A DNA stretch of 64,000 nucleotides, from NCBI RefSeq assembly GCF_007990775.1, contig NZ_BJXB01000015.1, positions 89,053 through 153,052 on the forward strand, read 5' to 3'. The translations under genes and the position numbers were made by a program. The DNA is from Deinococcus cellulosilyticus NBRC 106333 = KACC 11606. GTDB taxonomy: Bacteria > Deinococcota > Deinococci > Deinococcales > Deinococcaceae. The notes below the pieces were generated by a model that was given only the letters and a program-made list of their open reading frames with translations, did no database searches and was not told the DNA's origin. Of this stretch, positions 46,815 through 56,678 are shown piece after piece. The first letter of the stretch is position 1. Every line of letters begins with the position of its first letter.

Positions 46815-47345
46815 TCAGAGGCCCAGTCGGTCCAGCATGAGCAGGTGAATCCGGGCTTTTTCGGCACGGTCATGTTCAAAACTGGCCTGCTGGCTCCCCA
46901 CGAACAGCCAGTAAAAGCCTCTGGCCAGCAAAGTGGCGGTCTCCTGCTCAGGAATGATCTGCAGGATCAGGTCATGCACGTACTGCTCGCGGGTGTGGTC
47001 CAGACGTTCCTGAACGGCGCGTGCACGGTCATCCACCCTGGCCCATCCCCGGAAAGAGACTTCCATGGCAGGCTCATAGGTGGTGATCTGTCTGACCAGT
47101 GCCCTCAGACGTGCCCTGGGATCTGCAATGGTCTGCAGGTGGGCAATGATGTCCAGGGTGGAGACCTGTTCATAAAAATCCAGCAGTGCCTGCTCGTAGT
47201 CGTTCAGATGGGCAAAGTGATGGTAGAAAGACCCTTTGGTGACTTGCAGGTGTTTGCACAGGGTGTCAATTTTGAGCCCCTGAACGCCACCTTTGCTCAG
47301 CAGGTGCAGGCCAGCCATGAAAAAATCTTCTTGGGTCTTGCGCAT
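46815..47345 (-). CDS. TetR/AcrR-family transcriptional regulator
   Basis: N-terminal helix-turn-helix ...LCKHLQVTKGSFYHHF.... Confidence 0.85.
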   Translation of the reverse strand: MRKTQEDFFMAGLHLLSKGGVQGLKIDTLCKHLQVTKGSFYHHFAHLNDYEQALLDFYEQVSTLDIIAHLQTIADPRARLRALVRQITTYEPAMEVSFRGWARVDDRARAVQERLDHTREQYVHDLILQIIPEQETATLLARGFYWLFVGSQQASFEHDRAEKARIHLLMLDRLGL

Positions 47346-47351
47346 GAATTA

Positions 47352-47378
47352 AACATACCATACCGTATGGTATGTTTA
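47352..47378. promoter_or_regulatory. Perfect 27-bp palindrome, candidate TetR operator
   Basis: AAACATACCATAC-c-GTATGGTATGTTT lies 7 nt upstream of the TetR start codon. Confidence 0.65.
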
Positions 47379-47395
47379 TCGGGATGAATGTCCCC

Positions 47396-47806
47396 TCAAA
47401 GGCTGAAAATTCTGCGAGAACGAAGTTGCTCGTCAGTCAGAGAAAAGGCCAGAGCAGCGACCAGAACAACAAGCAGAGCAGCCCAGGGATGGGCTTCTGG
47501 ACTGTCAAAGGGTTGAAAGATCAGCAGAAAAGTTCCCCATCCACCTGCCAGATGAATGCCCACAGCCGCCCACTGTTGTGCTGCTCCCATTCTTGAACGG
47601 ATCAGGTCTGAGAGCGCCGTGGTGACCAGCGCAGGAAGAAAACCTGCCAGAGGGGTCATCATCATGTTCAGAAACAAAGTTTGTGTGGCTTTTAGCAAAG
47701 AAAAGGAACTGCTCTCAGGATTCAAGAGTTGGAAGAGCAGGGTGGCCACCAGAGAGGCCACCAGCAACGCCACCCATTTCCTGGCGAGCCACGCCAGCAG
47801 GTTCAT
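47396..47806 (-). CDS. Small membrane protein, paralog 3 of a tandem triplet
   Basis: 136 aa with shared motif PALVTTALSDLI and C-terminal DEQLRSRR. Confidence 0.5.
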   Translation of the reverse strand: MNLLAWLARKWVALLVASLVATLLFQLLNPESSSFSLLKATQTLFLNMMMTPLAGFLPALVTTALSDLIRSRMGAAQQWAAVGIHLAGGWGTFLLIFQPFDSPEAHPWAALLVVLVAALAFSLTDEQLRSRRIFSL

Positions 47807-48213
47807 CTGGGTTGCAGTCTGGGCCGCAGGCGTTCATCAATCAGGAAGAACACCAGTGCAGCACCCATCGAGAGTCCAACAAAAAACCAGTCGTCGGAAG
47901 ACAGGCGGGGCCTGAATCCGAGCAGGGCAAACATCACCAGAAATCCACCCAGCAGGTGAATCACCAGAGCAGAGGTGCGTCTGGCGTTGCCAAAAGCAGG
48001 ACTGATGGCATCCGAGAGTCCAGTGGTGACCAGAGCAGGGAGAGAACCAATGTAAAGGGCAAAGAAACCTGCAGTGATCAGTCCTTCAACAGTGTGTGAA
48101 AAGAGAAGAGAAGAGCCATCCCACAGTTCCATGACCGCAAAGGCCACAGCCACCACCAGGGCAGCCCCAATCAGGGCCAGAACTTTTCTTCCAATCCATT
48201 TCAAGACGGGCAT
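47803..48213 (-). CDS. Small membrane protein, paralog 2 of a tandem triplet
   Basis: Start chosen at MPVLKW, giving 136 aa. Motif PALVTTGLSDAI and C-terminal DERLRPR. ATGA overlap with paralog 3. Confidence 0.5.
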   Translation of the reverse strand: MPVLKWIGRKVLALIGAALVVAVAFAVMELWDGSSLLFSHTVEGLITAGFFALYIGSLPALVTTGLSDAISPAFGNARRTSALVIHLLGGFLVMFALLGFRPRLSSDDWFFVGLSMGAALVFFLIDERLRPRLQPR

Positions 48214-48223
48214 GAATCCTCCT

Positions 48224-48637
48224 TCAGGACCCTGAGGGTCTGCGTTTGCGCCGCAGCAGTTCGTCGAACACAAAAAAAGACAGGACGGCCAGCGCACAGA
48301 GTCCCAGTTTCTCCCAGTTCTCAGGTCCCCAGGGTCTTTCGTATCCATTTACGAGAAGCAGCAGAGGAAAGATTCCTGACAGGTGGACCAGCAGGGCAGC
48401 CCAGAGCCGAAACCTGCCCACAGAAGCAGCAAACAGGTCCGAAATTCCGGTGACCAGCAGGGCAGGAACCGCTCCAAACCACAGGGTCAGAAACCAGAAC
48501 ACCAGGGTCTCATACAGCAGGTTCGGGTGGATGCGGGCATCGGTTGGCTTGTCCTGAACCATCACAATGAAAGTCAGGATCAAGCCAGACCCAAGCAGGG
48601 CCAGCACTTTGCGGATGAGCCAGTGGTGCGCCAGCAT
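48224..48637 (-). CDS. Small membrane protein, paralog 1 of a tandem triplet
   Basis: 137 aa with motif PALLVTGISDLF and C-terminal DELLRRKRR. Confidence 0.5.
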   Translation of the reverse strand: MLAHHWLIRKVLALLGSGLILTFIVMVQDKPTDARIHPNLLYETLVFWFLTLWFGAVPALLVTGISDLFAASVGRFRLWAALLVHLSGIFPLLLLVNGYERPWGPENWEKLGLCALAVLSFFVFDELLRRKRRPSGS

Positions 48638-48658
48638 GGCTTCACCTCCCTTGCAGGG

Positions 48659-49042
48659 TCATTGGGGGAGCTGGTCAGGACCTCTGGTGGCCTGCTGCCT
48701 GTGCAGGGCTTTCGAGCGCATGCCAGCAATGTTTTTCATGTTGAAGAAATGCATTCCACCGAGCACCAGCATCACCACACCCAGCTGGGCACAGAGGTAT
48801 TTGATGATGTCTGGCAGAGCGTCAGGTGGGGTCCTGAAGTTCAGGAACAGGGCCACAAAGCCAATGTTGACCAGATAGAACCCGACCTTGAGCAACTGGT
48901 TCACCGAATCGGCCATGGTTTCATTGCCTCCAAAGGCATCCAGCAGAAAGATTCTGCCATTGCGGTGAAGGGTGTTCGCAACCCAGATGGTCAGGGTCAG
49001 GCTGACGCCCAGGTACAGCAGGTAAATCAAGGCTTCTGTCAT
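48659..49042 (-). CDS. Membrane protein of unknown function
   Basis: 127 aa with three or four TM segments. Confidence 0.45.
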   Translation of the reverse strand: MTEALIYLLYLGVSLTLTIWVANTLHRNGRIFLLDAFGGNETMADSVNQLLKVGFYLVNIGFVALFLNFRTPPDALPDIIKYLCAQLGVVMLVLGGMHFFNMKNIAGMRSKALHRQQATRGPDQLPQ

Positions 49043-49089
49043 ATCAACCTCCTAAAGCTCTTATGGTTTCAGCTGTCTGGCAGCTGGAA

Positions 49090-49800
49090 TCATCTGTTCA
49101 ATCTGGGTCCCACCTGCGATTTCTGCACGATGGTGAGGACCTGTTCCAGAAAAGGCTGAATCATGGGCCTGAGCATGGGGAAGGTGCTCAGGTTCAGCAC
49201 CTGTGCCACCAGATCGAGGGTCTGGTCGATCATCTCGCGGGTGGTGTGCTGGTTTTCGGTCTCGTCATAAATGAAGTGCATGATGAAGACCATCTGCAGG
49301 GCCCACAGGCCCAGAACCAGCAGTTTTTCGGTGTCCTCTGGCAGCTTCTGGTCTTTCAGGACCAGACGAATGGTCTCCAGGCCCCTCTCCTGGATGTTCA
49401 TTGTGCCTGCACCCAGCACACTGAGAGGATGCTCTGGTTCACCGGCATATTTGAAGATGGTGCCCAGCAGTTTCTTGTCATGCTGAATCACATCGAATTT
49501 GGTGTGAAACAGGATTTTCATGCGCTCAGAAAGCAGAGGGGTTTTCAGAGCCTGTTCGGTGACCAGACGGTGGTGGGTGTCCTGAACGTGTTCATAATAA
49601 GCAGAAACGATGGCTTCCTTGCTGGGAAAGTAATAGTAGGCCGAACCCAGGGCCACTCCGGCAGCCTTGCTGATTTCTCGCATGGTAACGGCCTCAACCC
49701 CACGCTCTCTGAACATGCCCAGTGCAGTGCTCAGGATTCTGTTTCGGGTGTTGGAGGGATCGCCAGCATCAGATTTGAACATGTTCAAATGATAGGGCAT
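49090..49800 (-). CDS. TetR/AcrR-family transcriptional regulator
   Basis: The helix-turn-helix ...MREISKAAGVALGSAYYYF... supports the call. Confidence 0.85.
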   Translation of the reverse strand: MPYHLNMFKSDAGDPSNTRNRILSTALGMFRERGVEAVTMREISKAAGVALGSAYYYFPSKEAIVSAYYEHVQDTHHRLVTEQALKTPLLSERMKILFHTKFDVIQHDKKLLGTIFKYAGEPEHPLSVLGAGTMNIQERGLETIRLVLKDQKLPEDTEKLLVLGLWALQMVFIMHFIYDETENQHTTREMIDQTLDLVAQVLNLSTFPMLRPMIQPFLEQVLTIVQKSQVGPRLNR

Positions 49801-49863
49801 GTTGTCTTCTGGCGCAAGAGGTTAGAATCCAGAAGTGACCGGACAGCCCAGAATTTTGCAAAA

Positions 49864-51927
49864 ATGAGGGCCACGTCCAGATCAGACCTCACCGAATGGA
49901 GTCCACAGATGACTGAAATGTTAGACCCTTATCTATGGCTGGAAGACATTGAAGACCCCAGAGCCCTTACATGGGTGGAGCACCACAAGCAGGACCTGCA
50001 GGCCCTCACCTCAAAGTCAGAATTTGAAACCCTGCAGCAACAAATTGAGCAGGCCCTCAATGCCAACGACAACATTCCCTTTCCCACAGGCAGACAGGGC
50101 ATGTATTACAACCTCTGGAGGGACGCAAAGAACCCGAGAGGACTCTGGCGCAGAACCAGTCCGGAGTCTTACCGGACAGCAAACCCGGATTGGGAAATTC
50201 TGCTGGATCTGGATGCCCTTGCAGCAGCAGAGCAGGAAAACTGGGTCTGGAAACATGTGGAGGTCTGCCCCCAGCAGCCAGACCGTGCCCTCATCTTCCT
50301 GTCCAGAGGGGGAGCAGATGCTGTGGTCATGCGCGAATTTGACCTGCAGACCCGCACTTTCCTGCCAGATGGCTTCCAGCTTCCAGAAGCCAAACAGTCT
50401 GCAAGCTGGAAAGATGCTGACACCCTGTGGTTCACTTCCGCACTCTCTGAGGCAGAAAAAACGGCAGCAGGGTACCCCTTCATCACCCGTGAATGGTCCA
50501 GGGGAACAGGTTTCACTGAGGCAAAGATCATTCACTCCGGGGAACCCACAGATGCAGGGGCCTGGACCTACAATGAAAACACAGCCGGACACCACCATCA
50601 GGTGATCCGGCAACTGGTGCACTTCTTTGATGCCCGCTTGCTGCTTCCCTGGGAGGGTGAAGTGCGGGTGCTGAACAAACCTCCTCGCTCAGAGGCCTTC
50701 TTTTTCCAGGATCAGGTGATCTGCTGGTTGCGCCAGCCCTGGACCCAGGGAGGCCAGGAGTTTGGTGCAGGAAGCCTGCTCATCACCTCTGTGCAGGAGG
50801 CACTGGAGGGACAGCCTGAGTACACTTTGCTTTTCAGGCCAGAAGAAGCCATGTCGGTGCAAAACGTCACGGTCACCCGGCAGCATGTGCTTGTGACGGT
50901 GCTGCACCATGTGCGCAGTGAAGTCCATGCCTTTTCCAGAACAGAAGGGCAGTGGGTGACCTCCAGAATCCCCGTTCCAGAACTCGCTCACATTGAACTC
51001 TGGCCTGAAGATCGAGAAGGCAGTGACGCTGCCCTGATGACGGTGACTGGATTTTTGACCCCCAGCACCCTTTACCGCCTGCTGCCTGATGGAACGCAGG
51101 AAATCCTGAAGTCCAACCCCCATTACTTCGATCCCACAGGATTGAAAGTGGAGCAGCATTTTGCAACCAGCAAAGATGGCACCCGCATTCCCTACTTTCA
51201 GGTGGCTGCAGAAGACCTTCAGCTGGATGGAAAGAACCCCACCCTGCTTTACGGCTATGGTGGCTTCGAGAATGCCAGAACCCCCATCTACAGTGCCAGC
51301 ATGGGCCTTGGGTGGCTGAGAAAAGGCGGGGTGTATGTGCTCTCCAACATCCGGGGAGGCAGTGAATACGGACCGGCCTGGCACCAGGCGGCACTCAGGG
51401 AAAACCGCCAGCGTGCCTTCGATGACTTCATTGCCATTGCCGAGCACCTGATTGAGCGTGGGGTCACCTCTGCAGAACACCTCGGGGTCAGGGGAGGCAG
51501 CAATGGAGGTCTCTTGACCAGTGTCATGCTCACCCAGCGTCCAGACCTCTTCAAAGCCGTGGTTTCCGAGGTTCCCCTGACCGACATGCAGCGCTACCAC
51601 AAGCTGCTGGCCGGAGCAAGCTGGATGGCCGAATACGGAAATCCAGAAACCGACGACTGGAACTTCATTCATAAGTACAGCCCCTACCACAACACCCGAC
51701 CTGCCTCTGAGCAGAAATATCCCAGATCGCTGTTCCTGAGTTCCACCCGGGATGATCGGGTTCACCCTGGGCATGCCCGAAAAATGGTGGCCCGACTCAA
51801 AGAGCAGGGGCAGGATGTCCTGTACTACGAGAACACCGAGGGAGGACATGCAGGGTCTGCCAACAACCGACAGATGGCCCACTGGCAGTCCCTGATCTAC
51901 ACCTTCCTGTGGAATGAGCTCAACTGA
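49864..51927 (+). CDS. S9-family serine peptidase (prolyl oligopeptidase)
   Basis: N-terminal beta-propeller region and C-terminal alpha/beta hydrolase with GGSNGG nucleophile motif and the catalytic Asp/His region. The start is uncertain: the track ORF 49063..51927 has a spurious N-terminal extension antisense to the TetR gene. Confidence 0.75.
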   Translation: MRATSRSDLTEWSPQMTEMLDPYLWLEDIEDPRALTWVEHHKQDLQALTSKSEFETLQQQIEQALNANDNIPFPTGRQGMYYNLWRDAKNPRGLWRRTSPESYRTANPDWEILLDLDALAAAEQENWVWKHVEVCPQQPDRALIFLSRGGADAVVMREFDLQTRTFLPDGFQLPEAKQSASWKDADTLWFTSALSEAEKTAAGYPFITREWSRGTGFTEAKIIHSGEPTDAGAWTYNENTAGHHHQVIRQLVHFFDARLLLPWEGEVRVLNKPPRSEAFFFQDQVICWLRQPWTQGGQEFGAGSLLITSVQEALEGQPEYTLLFRPEEAMSVQNVTVTRQHVLVTVLHHVRSEVHAFSRTEGQWVTSRIPVPELAHIELWPEDREGSDAALMTVTGFLTPSTLYRLLPDGTQEILKSNPHYFDPTGLKVEQHFATSKDGTRIPYFQVAAEDLQLDGKNPTLLYGYGGFENARTPIYSASMGLGWLRKGGVYVLSNIRGGSEYGPAWHQAALRENRQRAFDDFIAIAEHLIERGVTSAEHLGVRGGSNGGLLTSVMLTQRPDLFKAVVSEVPLTDMQRYHKLLAGASWMAEYGNPETDDWNFIHKYSPYHNTRPASEQKYPRSLFLSSTRDDRVHPGHARKMVARLKEQGQDVLYYENTEGGHAGSANNRQMAHWQSLIYTFLWNELN

Positions 51928-51977
51928 CCACAAAACAGAGGAGGGGAAACCCCTCCTCTTCTGGTTCTGATCTTGAC

Positions 51978-52715
51978 TTACTGCACAGCGAAACTGACTG
52001 TGACCACTGCTGTCACGTCTTTTTCTAGACTGGTGGTGTCAAAAGAGCCATAATCATCCACCTGGGTGGTGAAGCGGGGGGTGATCTGAAAAACCCCCAT
52101 CCGGGCACTCTTCATGGGACCAAGGTCACTGCCTGCACTCTTCACCATGATGCTGGCACGCTCTCTGGCGTCTTTGGTGGCCTCCTCAAGCAGTTTGATG
52201 CGAAGCTCGGGAAGCTGTGTGTAAAGGTACTGCAAAGGGCTGGATTCCAGAGGGATGCCCTTGGCAATCAGATTGCTGGCGGCCTGATTGATGGCAGGAA
52301 CCTTCTTCACATCCTTGCTGCGAAGCTGGTAATGCTTGCGCAGGATGTACCCTTTGACACTGGATTCGCGACCATTTTCATCCCGGTTGTAGAAGGTGGT
52401 CGGTTCGGTGACGATGGCATCCTCAATGCGCTCTTCAGGGGTGAGGCTCTGGGTGTCCAGAAAAGCATCCACCGTTCTGGCGGCGGTGCTGATCTCGGTG
52501 TAGAGGTTTTGCAGTTCGGTGCCCTGGGTGCTGATGGAGAAATCCCAGATCACGTAATCCGAGGTGATGGCCTGTTTGGTGGAGCCGGTCACCGTGATGA
52601 TGTCGTCTGCTTTCTTGATGTCTCTGAACCCAGAAACCGCAATGTAGGCGCACACGACAAGGGCAATTCCAAGGAGCAGTAAGCCGATGAGTAATTGTGG
52701 GAAATCTTGCTTCAT
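51978..52715 (-). CDS. SIMPL-domain protein (DUF541-type, periplasmic/immunogenic protein family)
   Basis: 245 aa with an N-terminal TM/signal anchor and the SIMPL pattern. Confidence 0.65.
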   Translation of the reverse strand: MKQDFPQLLIGLLLLGIALVVCAYIAVSGFRDIKKADDIITVTGSTKQAITSDYVIWDFSISTQGTELQNLYTEISTAARTVDAFLDTQSLTPEERIEDAIVTEPTTFYNRDENGRESSVKGYILRKHYQLRSKDVKKVPAINQAASNLIAKGIPLESSPLQYLYTQLPELRIKLLEEATKDARERASIMVKSAGSDLGPMKSARMGVFQITPRFTTQVDDYGSFDTTSLEKDVTAVVTVSFAVQ

Positions 52716-52796
52716 TTGTTCACCTTGCCTTACGGTACTCCTTTAATTGGGGTTTTTCCTTTAATCTCCCTGAAGCCTTTCGGCTAGCTTGAGAAC

Positions 52797-53510
52797 ATGC
52801 TGGAAATTGTCAGAATCACTGACTGGAACGACCCGAGAATTGACGAATTTGGTGAGCTTCAGAACCGCGCTTATTTCGACCCGGACATGCTGATCCCCAT
52901 GTGGGTGATCAAACAGATGATGCAAAACCCCAGCCCTCACCGCAATGATGCTCTGCTGGTCGCTGTGGAAGATGACAGGGTGCTCGGGGGGAGTGTGTTT
53001 CATTACCTGCCTCCTGCCCACGCAGGTTTTTCCAGCATCCTGGCTGTAGACCCTGAAGCCCGTGGAAAAGGGGTCGCCAGAGCCCTGCATCATGCCCGCT
53101 GGGAAACCCTCACAGAGATGGCCAAGGCCCCTCCCAGAGCTGTTTTCATTGATGTGGTGGCTCCAGACCGCCTCAGCGAAGAAGAACTGGCCCGTGAAAG
53201 GGAGTACGGGTTTGACCCCTGTGGCAGGAGGAAGGTTTTCAAGCACCTGGGGTTCAAGCAGCTGGACATTGAATACCACCAGCCTGTCGGAGGACTGGAT
53301 GGGGGGCCTGTCACCAACATGGACCTGCTGATCTACGCCCCCAATTTGCGGGATGTTTTTCCGCTGGACTGGGTGCTCGATACCATGCACGCCTACTGGG
53401 TGCCCTGGCTGGGCAGTGAAAGGGCCCATCAGGCCACCGAGGAATTGAGGGCCAGAGCGAAAACCGACCCGGTGGACCTGCTACCACCCGACCACATGTG
53501 CGGTCCATAG
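52797..53510 (+). CDS. GNAT-like acetyltransferase domain protein
   Basis: The acetyl-CoA-binding-like segment ...ILAVDPEARGKGVARALHH... supports the call. Confidence 0.5.
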   Translation: MLEIVRITDWNDPRIDEFGELQNRAYFDPDMLIPMWVIKQMMQNPSPHRNDALLVAVEDDRVLGGSVFHYLPPAHAGFSSILAVDPEARGKGVARALHHARWETLTEMAKAPPRAVFIDVVAPDRLSEEELAREREYGFDPCGRRKVFKHLGFKQLDIEYHQPVGGLDGGPVTNMDLLIYAPNLRDVFPLDWVLDTMHAYWVPWLGSERAHQATEELRARAKTDPVDLLPPDHMCGP

Positions 53511-53532
53511 GTGTTGTAGCGGATATGGATTT

Positions 53533-54897
53533 TTGAGCGCACAGGGTTATGCTTTGACCATGCAAAACCTGAAACCCTTCATCGATCAGGCCAGACTTGA
53601 CCTTGCCGAACTGGTCGCACTCGAATCGGTCTCTGCCCAGGGCCGCATGCTGGCCGAAACCGCCAACCGGGTGAGTGAAATGCTGCAGGCAGAAGGCTTC
53701 ACTGTGCAGGCTTACCTGGGAGATGTGGCCCCCATTCTGGTCGCAGAGGCCGGAGAGGGTCCCAGAACCCTCCTCATCTACAACCACTACGATGTGCAGC
53801 CCGAAAGTCCCATTGAGCTCTGGGATTCCCCACCTTTCGAGGCCACCGAGCGGGATGGTCGCCTGTATGGCCGGGGCATCAGCGATGACAAGGGAGAATT
53901 CATTTCCCGTCTGGCTGCAGTGCGTGCCCTGAAAGCCCAGAATGGTGGAAAGCTCCCCCTCAAGGTCAAATGGCTGATCGAAGGGGAAGAGGAGATTGGC
54001 AGCCCCAGTCTGGCCCGTTTCGTCCATGAGCATGCCAGCGAACTGCAGGCCGATGGTTGCTGGTGGGAATTCGGCAGCATCGACCCCGAAGGCAGACCCA
54101 TCATCTACGCAGGCCTGAAAGGCATCATCTGCCTGGAACTGAGAGCAAAAGTCTCTGATTCGGACCTGCACTCCAGCCTGGGTGCAGTGGTGGACAATCC
54201 CCTCTACAAGCTCTCCAGGGCCATTGCCAGCATGCGTGACGCTTCTGGAAAAGTCACCATCGATGGCTTTTACGACGATGTGAGGGCCCCCTCCGAAGCA
54301 GATCTGGAGGCTGTCCGGAACATTCCTGATGAAAGTGCAGCCACGCGTCAGGCCTACGGGATCAAAGGTTACCTGGGAGGGGTGTCAGGAGAGGCCTACT
54401 ACAGACGCCTGATCTTTGAGCCCTGCCTGAACGTCAACGGCTTTCATGGTGGATATGGGGATGCAGGCAGCAAAACGGTGCTTCCAGCAGAAGGCTTTGT
54501 CAAAATCGACTTCAGACTGGTGCCCGACCAGAGCCCTGAACGCATTCTGGAACTGCTGAGGGCCCACCTGGACGGCCAGGGCCTGGAAGACATCGAAATC
54601 ATTGAACTGGAAAGCCATGAGCACCCGGCCCGCAGCGATGTTGCTGATCCTTTCGTGCAAACGGCCCTTCAGGTGGCCTCAGAAGTGCACGGCAAACCTG
54701 CAGTTTTGCAGCCCAGCAGTGCAGGCAGTGGCCCAATGCATCCCTTCATTGAGGCCATCGGGCTCCCTGTCATTGCTGCAGGCATCGGAAACCACGCTTC
54801 CAGGGTGCATGCCCCCAACGAGAACATCGTGATTGCCCACTTTGAAAAAGGCATCGAATTTGGTCTCAGGTTCATGGAGAGGCTCTCGAAGCTGTAA
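53533..54897 (+). CDS. M20-family metallopeptidase (dipeptidase / ArgE-DapE-like)
   Basis: Metal ligands HYDVQP, GRGISDDKG and EGEEEIGS, plus a dimerisation domain. Confidence 0.8.
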   Translation: MSAQGYALTMQNLKPFIDQARLDLAELVALESVSAQGRMLAETANRVSEMLQAEGFTVQAYLGDVAPILVAEAGEGPRTLLIYNHYDVQPESPIELWDSPPFEATERDGRLYGRGISDDKGEFISRLAAVRALKAQNGGKLPLKVKWLIEGEEEIGSPSLARFVHEHASELQADGCWWEFGSIDPEGRPIIYAGLKGIICLELRAKVSDSDLHSSLGAVVDNPLYKLSRAIASMRDASGKVTIDGFYDDVRAPSEADLEAVRNIPDESAATRQAYGIKGYLGGVSGEAYYRRLIFEPCLNVNGFHGGYGDAGSKTVLPAEGFVKIDFRLVPDQSPERILELLRAHLDGQGLEDIEIIELESHEHPARSDVADPFVQTALQVASEVHGKPAVLQPSSAGSGPMHPFIEAIGLPVIAAGIGNHASRVHAPNENIVIAHFEKGIEFGLRFMERLSKL

Positions 54898-54960
54898 AAA
54901 TTCCCTTGCAGAAAAAGAGGACAGAGTTGCTTCTGTCCTCTTTTTCTGCATATCAGGTTT

Positions 54961-55581
54961 CTAAAGGGTAACTTTGAGGGGTTCTGCGCTCTGAACCTCA
55001 AAAGGGAATTCGATCTGTTTCGCCACCCGAACCGCAAAATCCATTCCATGCTCGAGTCCGATCAGATGCAGGCTCAGGATCATCCCTGCCGAGACTCCGG
55101 CTGAAGTGAAGACCTTCCCTTCCTGAGTGAAAGGGATGCCTTCCTGAATGTTGACCTGAGGATAGGCTTTCTGCAGGTCCCCCAGATCCTCCCAGTGTGT
55201 GGTTGCTGTTTTGCCTTCAAGGAGTCCTGCCTCTGCCAGCAGGAATGCGCCTGTGCAGATGGAAGCTGTGGTCTCTGTCCCTTCATGCACCTGCCTGATC
55301 CACTCAATCACAGCGGATTTCTTGAGTTCTTCGGTGACCACACCTCCAGCCACAATCAAAACGTCCAGGGCAGGATGGTTTTCAATGGTGTGGTGGGGCA
55401 GCACCTGAAAGTTGTTTCTGCCCCTGATCGGGTGATCCTTTTCAGCAATCAGAAGGACCTCATACGGCTCGGGTTCACCAAGGCGTTTTTTCAGGCGGTT
55501 GGCCACACTGAACGCTTCAAAGGGGGCACTGAAATCCATCACTTCTGCTTCGTCAAAGATGTAGATCCCAACAGTTTTCAT
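54961..55581 (-). CDS. DJ-1/PfpI-family protein
   Basis: ...ASICTGAFLLAEAGLLEG... carries the nucleophile-elbow Cys. Start at MKTVGIYIF. Confidence 0.8.
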   Translation of the reverse strand: MKTVGIYIFDEAEVMDFSAPFEAFSVANRLKKRLGEPEPYEVLLIAEKDHPIRGRNNFQVLPHHTIENHPALDVLIVAGGVVTEELKKSAVIEWIRQVHEGTETTASICTGAFLLAEAGLLEGKTATTHWEDLGDLQKAYPQVNIQEGIPFTQEGKVFTSAGVSAGMILSLHLIGLEHGMDFAVRVAKQIEFPFEVQSAEPLKVTL

Positions 55582-55763
55582 GGAGGCAGTGTAGATGGCA
55601 CAAAAACAGGCCTTCTTGATTTGTCCGAATCTGTCCGGTTTCTGTCCGCTGCGTTGATCGGTGGAACAGGAGCATTCACCTGGACTGGCTCTTGTTGCTC
55701 TGTCAGAGGGTCTCCAAAGAAGCACAAAAAGAAAAAGGCCCCTTTGCAGGAGCCTGAAATTTC

Positions 55764-55851
<88 letters not shown>

Positions 55852-55975
55852 GGGCAAGAAGTATGATATGTACAAATTGCGTTTTTGTCAAGACGTAGGC
55901 AAGATGGGTTATTTCTGCACCATGACAGTGAAAACCACAGCCCACCTTCTGTGATCCTCACCCCTGAAGGAAGCC

Positions 55976-56440
55976 ATGTTCTGGAAACGTCCCTCTCCCA
56001 AAATCAGTGTTTCTGGTGTGCATGATCTGGCCCTCAGGGGGGTCAGTCACATCATCTCCATCAATGACCCGGATCGGGCTCCTCCCAGAGAGGTCTTGCA
56101 GAGTGATGCAGAAGTGCTGGTTCTCAAGTTCTCAGACACTTTCGAAAGTCTGGCAGGCAGCGATCCTCCAACCCTGCAGCACCTTCAGGCAGTGAAGGCG
56201 TTTATTGAAGAGGAAAGGCAGCAGATTCGCAGGGTGCATGTGCATTGCAAGGTGGGAACAAGCCGCTCCACAGCAGTGGCTTTGCTGGTGATGCACCTTC
56301 TGGAACCCCAGAAATCAGAAGCAGAACTGGTTCAGATGCTCAAAAAGGTCAGGCGTCAGGCAGCCCCCAATCCGCTGATCATCCGTCTGATGGATCAGCA
56401 GGAAGGCACGCACTTTGCAGAAGCATTAAGTTACACCTGA
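55976..56440 (+). CDS. Protein tyrosine / dual-specificity phosphatase-like protein
   Basis: The CX5R P-loop VHCKVGTSRST supports the call. Confidence 0.6.
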   Translation: MFWKRPSPKISVSGVHDLALRGVSHIISINDPDRAPPREVLQSDAEVLVLKFSDTFESLAGSDPPTLQHLQAVKAFIEEERQQIRRVHVHCKVGTSRSTAVALLVMHLLEPQKSEAELVQMLKKVRRQAAPNPLIIRLMDQQEGTHFAEALSYT

Positions 56441-56678
56441 GTTACATCTGTCACCCATTCGGGGAATCTGTCGAGACAAATAAAATTGCCCTGAGCACAG
56501 GTTTTTCGGGCTTCCGGGGTCCAGAAGTACGCCAGGGGTGACACACTTTTGTCTAAGTGTATTGGGCAGCAAAACACTTTACAGCACCTGCAATTCATGT
56601 TACCTTTGTTCCTGTCGCTTGCAGGGTGCCAATTGGCGGGCTTTGCATGTCGAGACTTCACAATATGGAGAAACAACC

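Noticed and set aside
49063-49863. N-terminal 270 residues of track ORF 49063..51927
   Set aside because: This part is antisense to the TetR gene at 49090..49800. Peptidase similarity begins only near 49864-49912.
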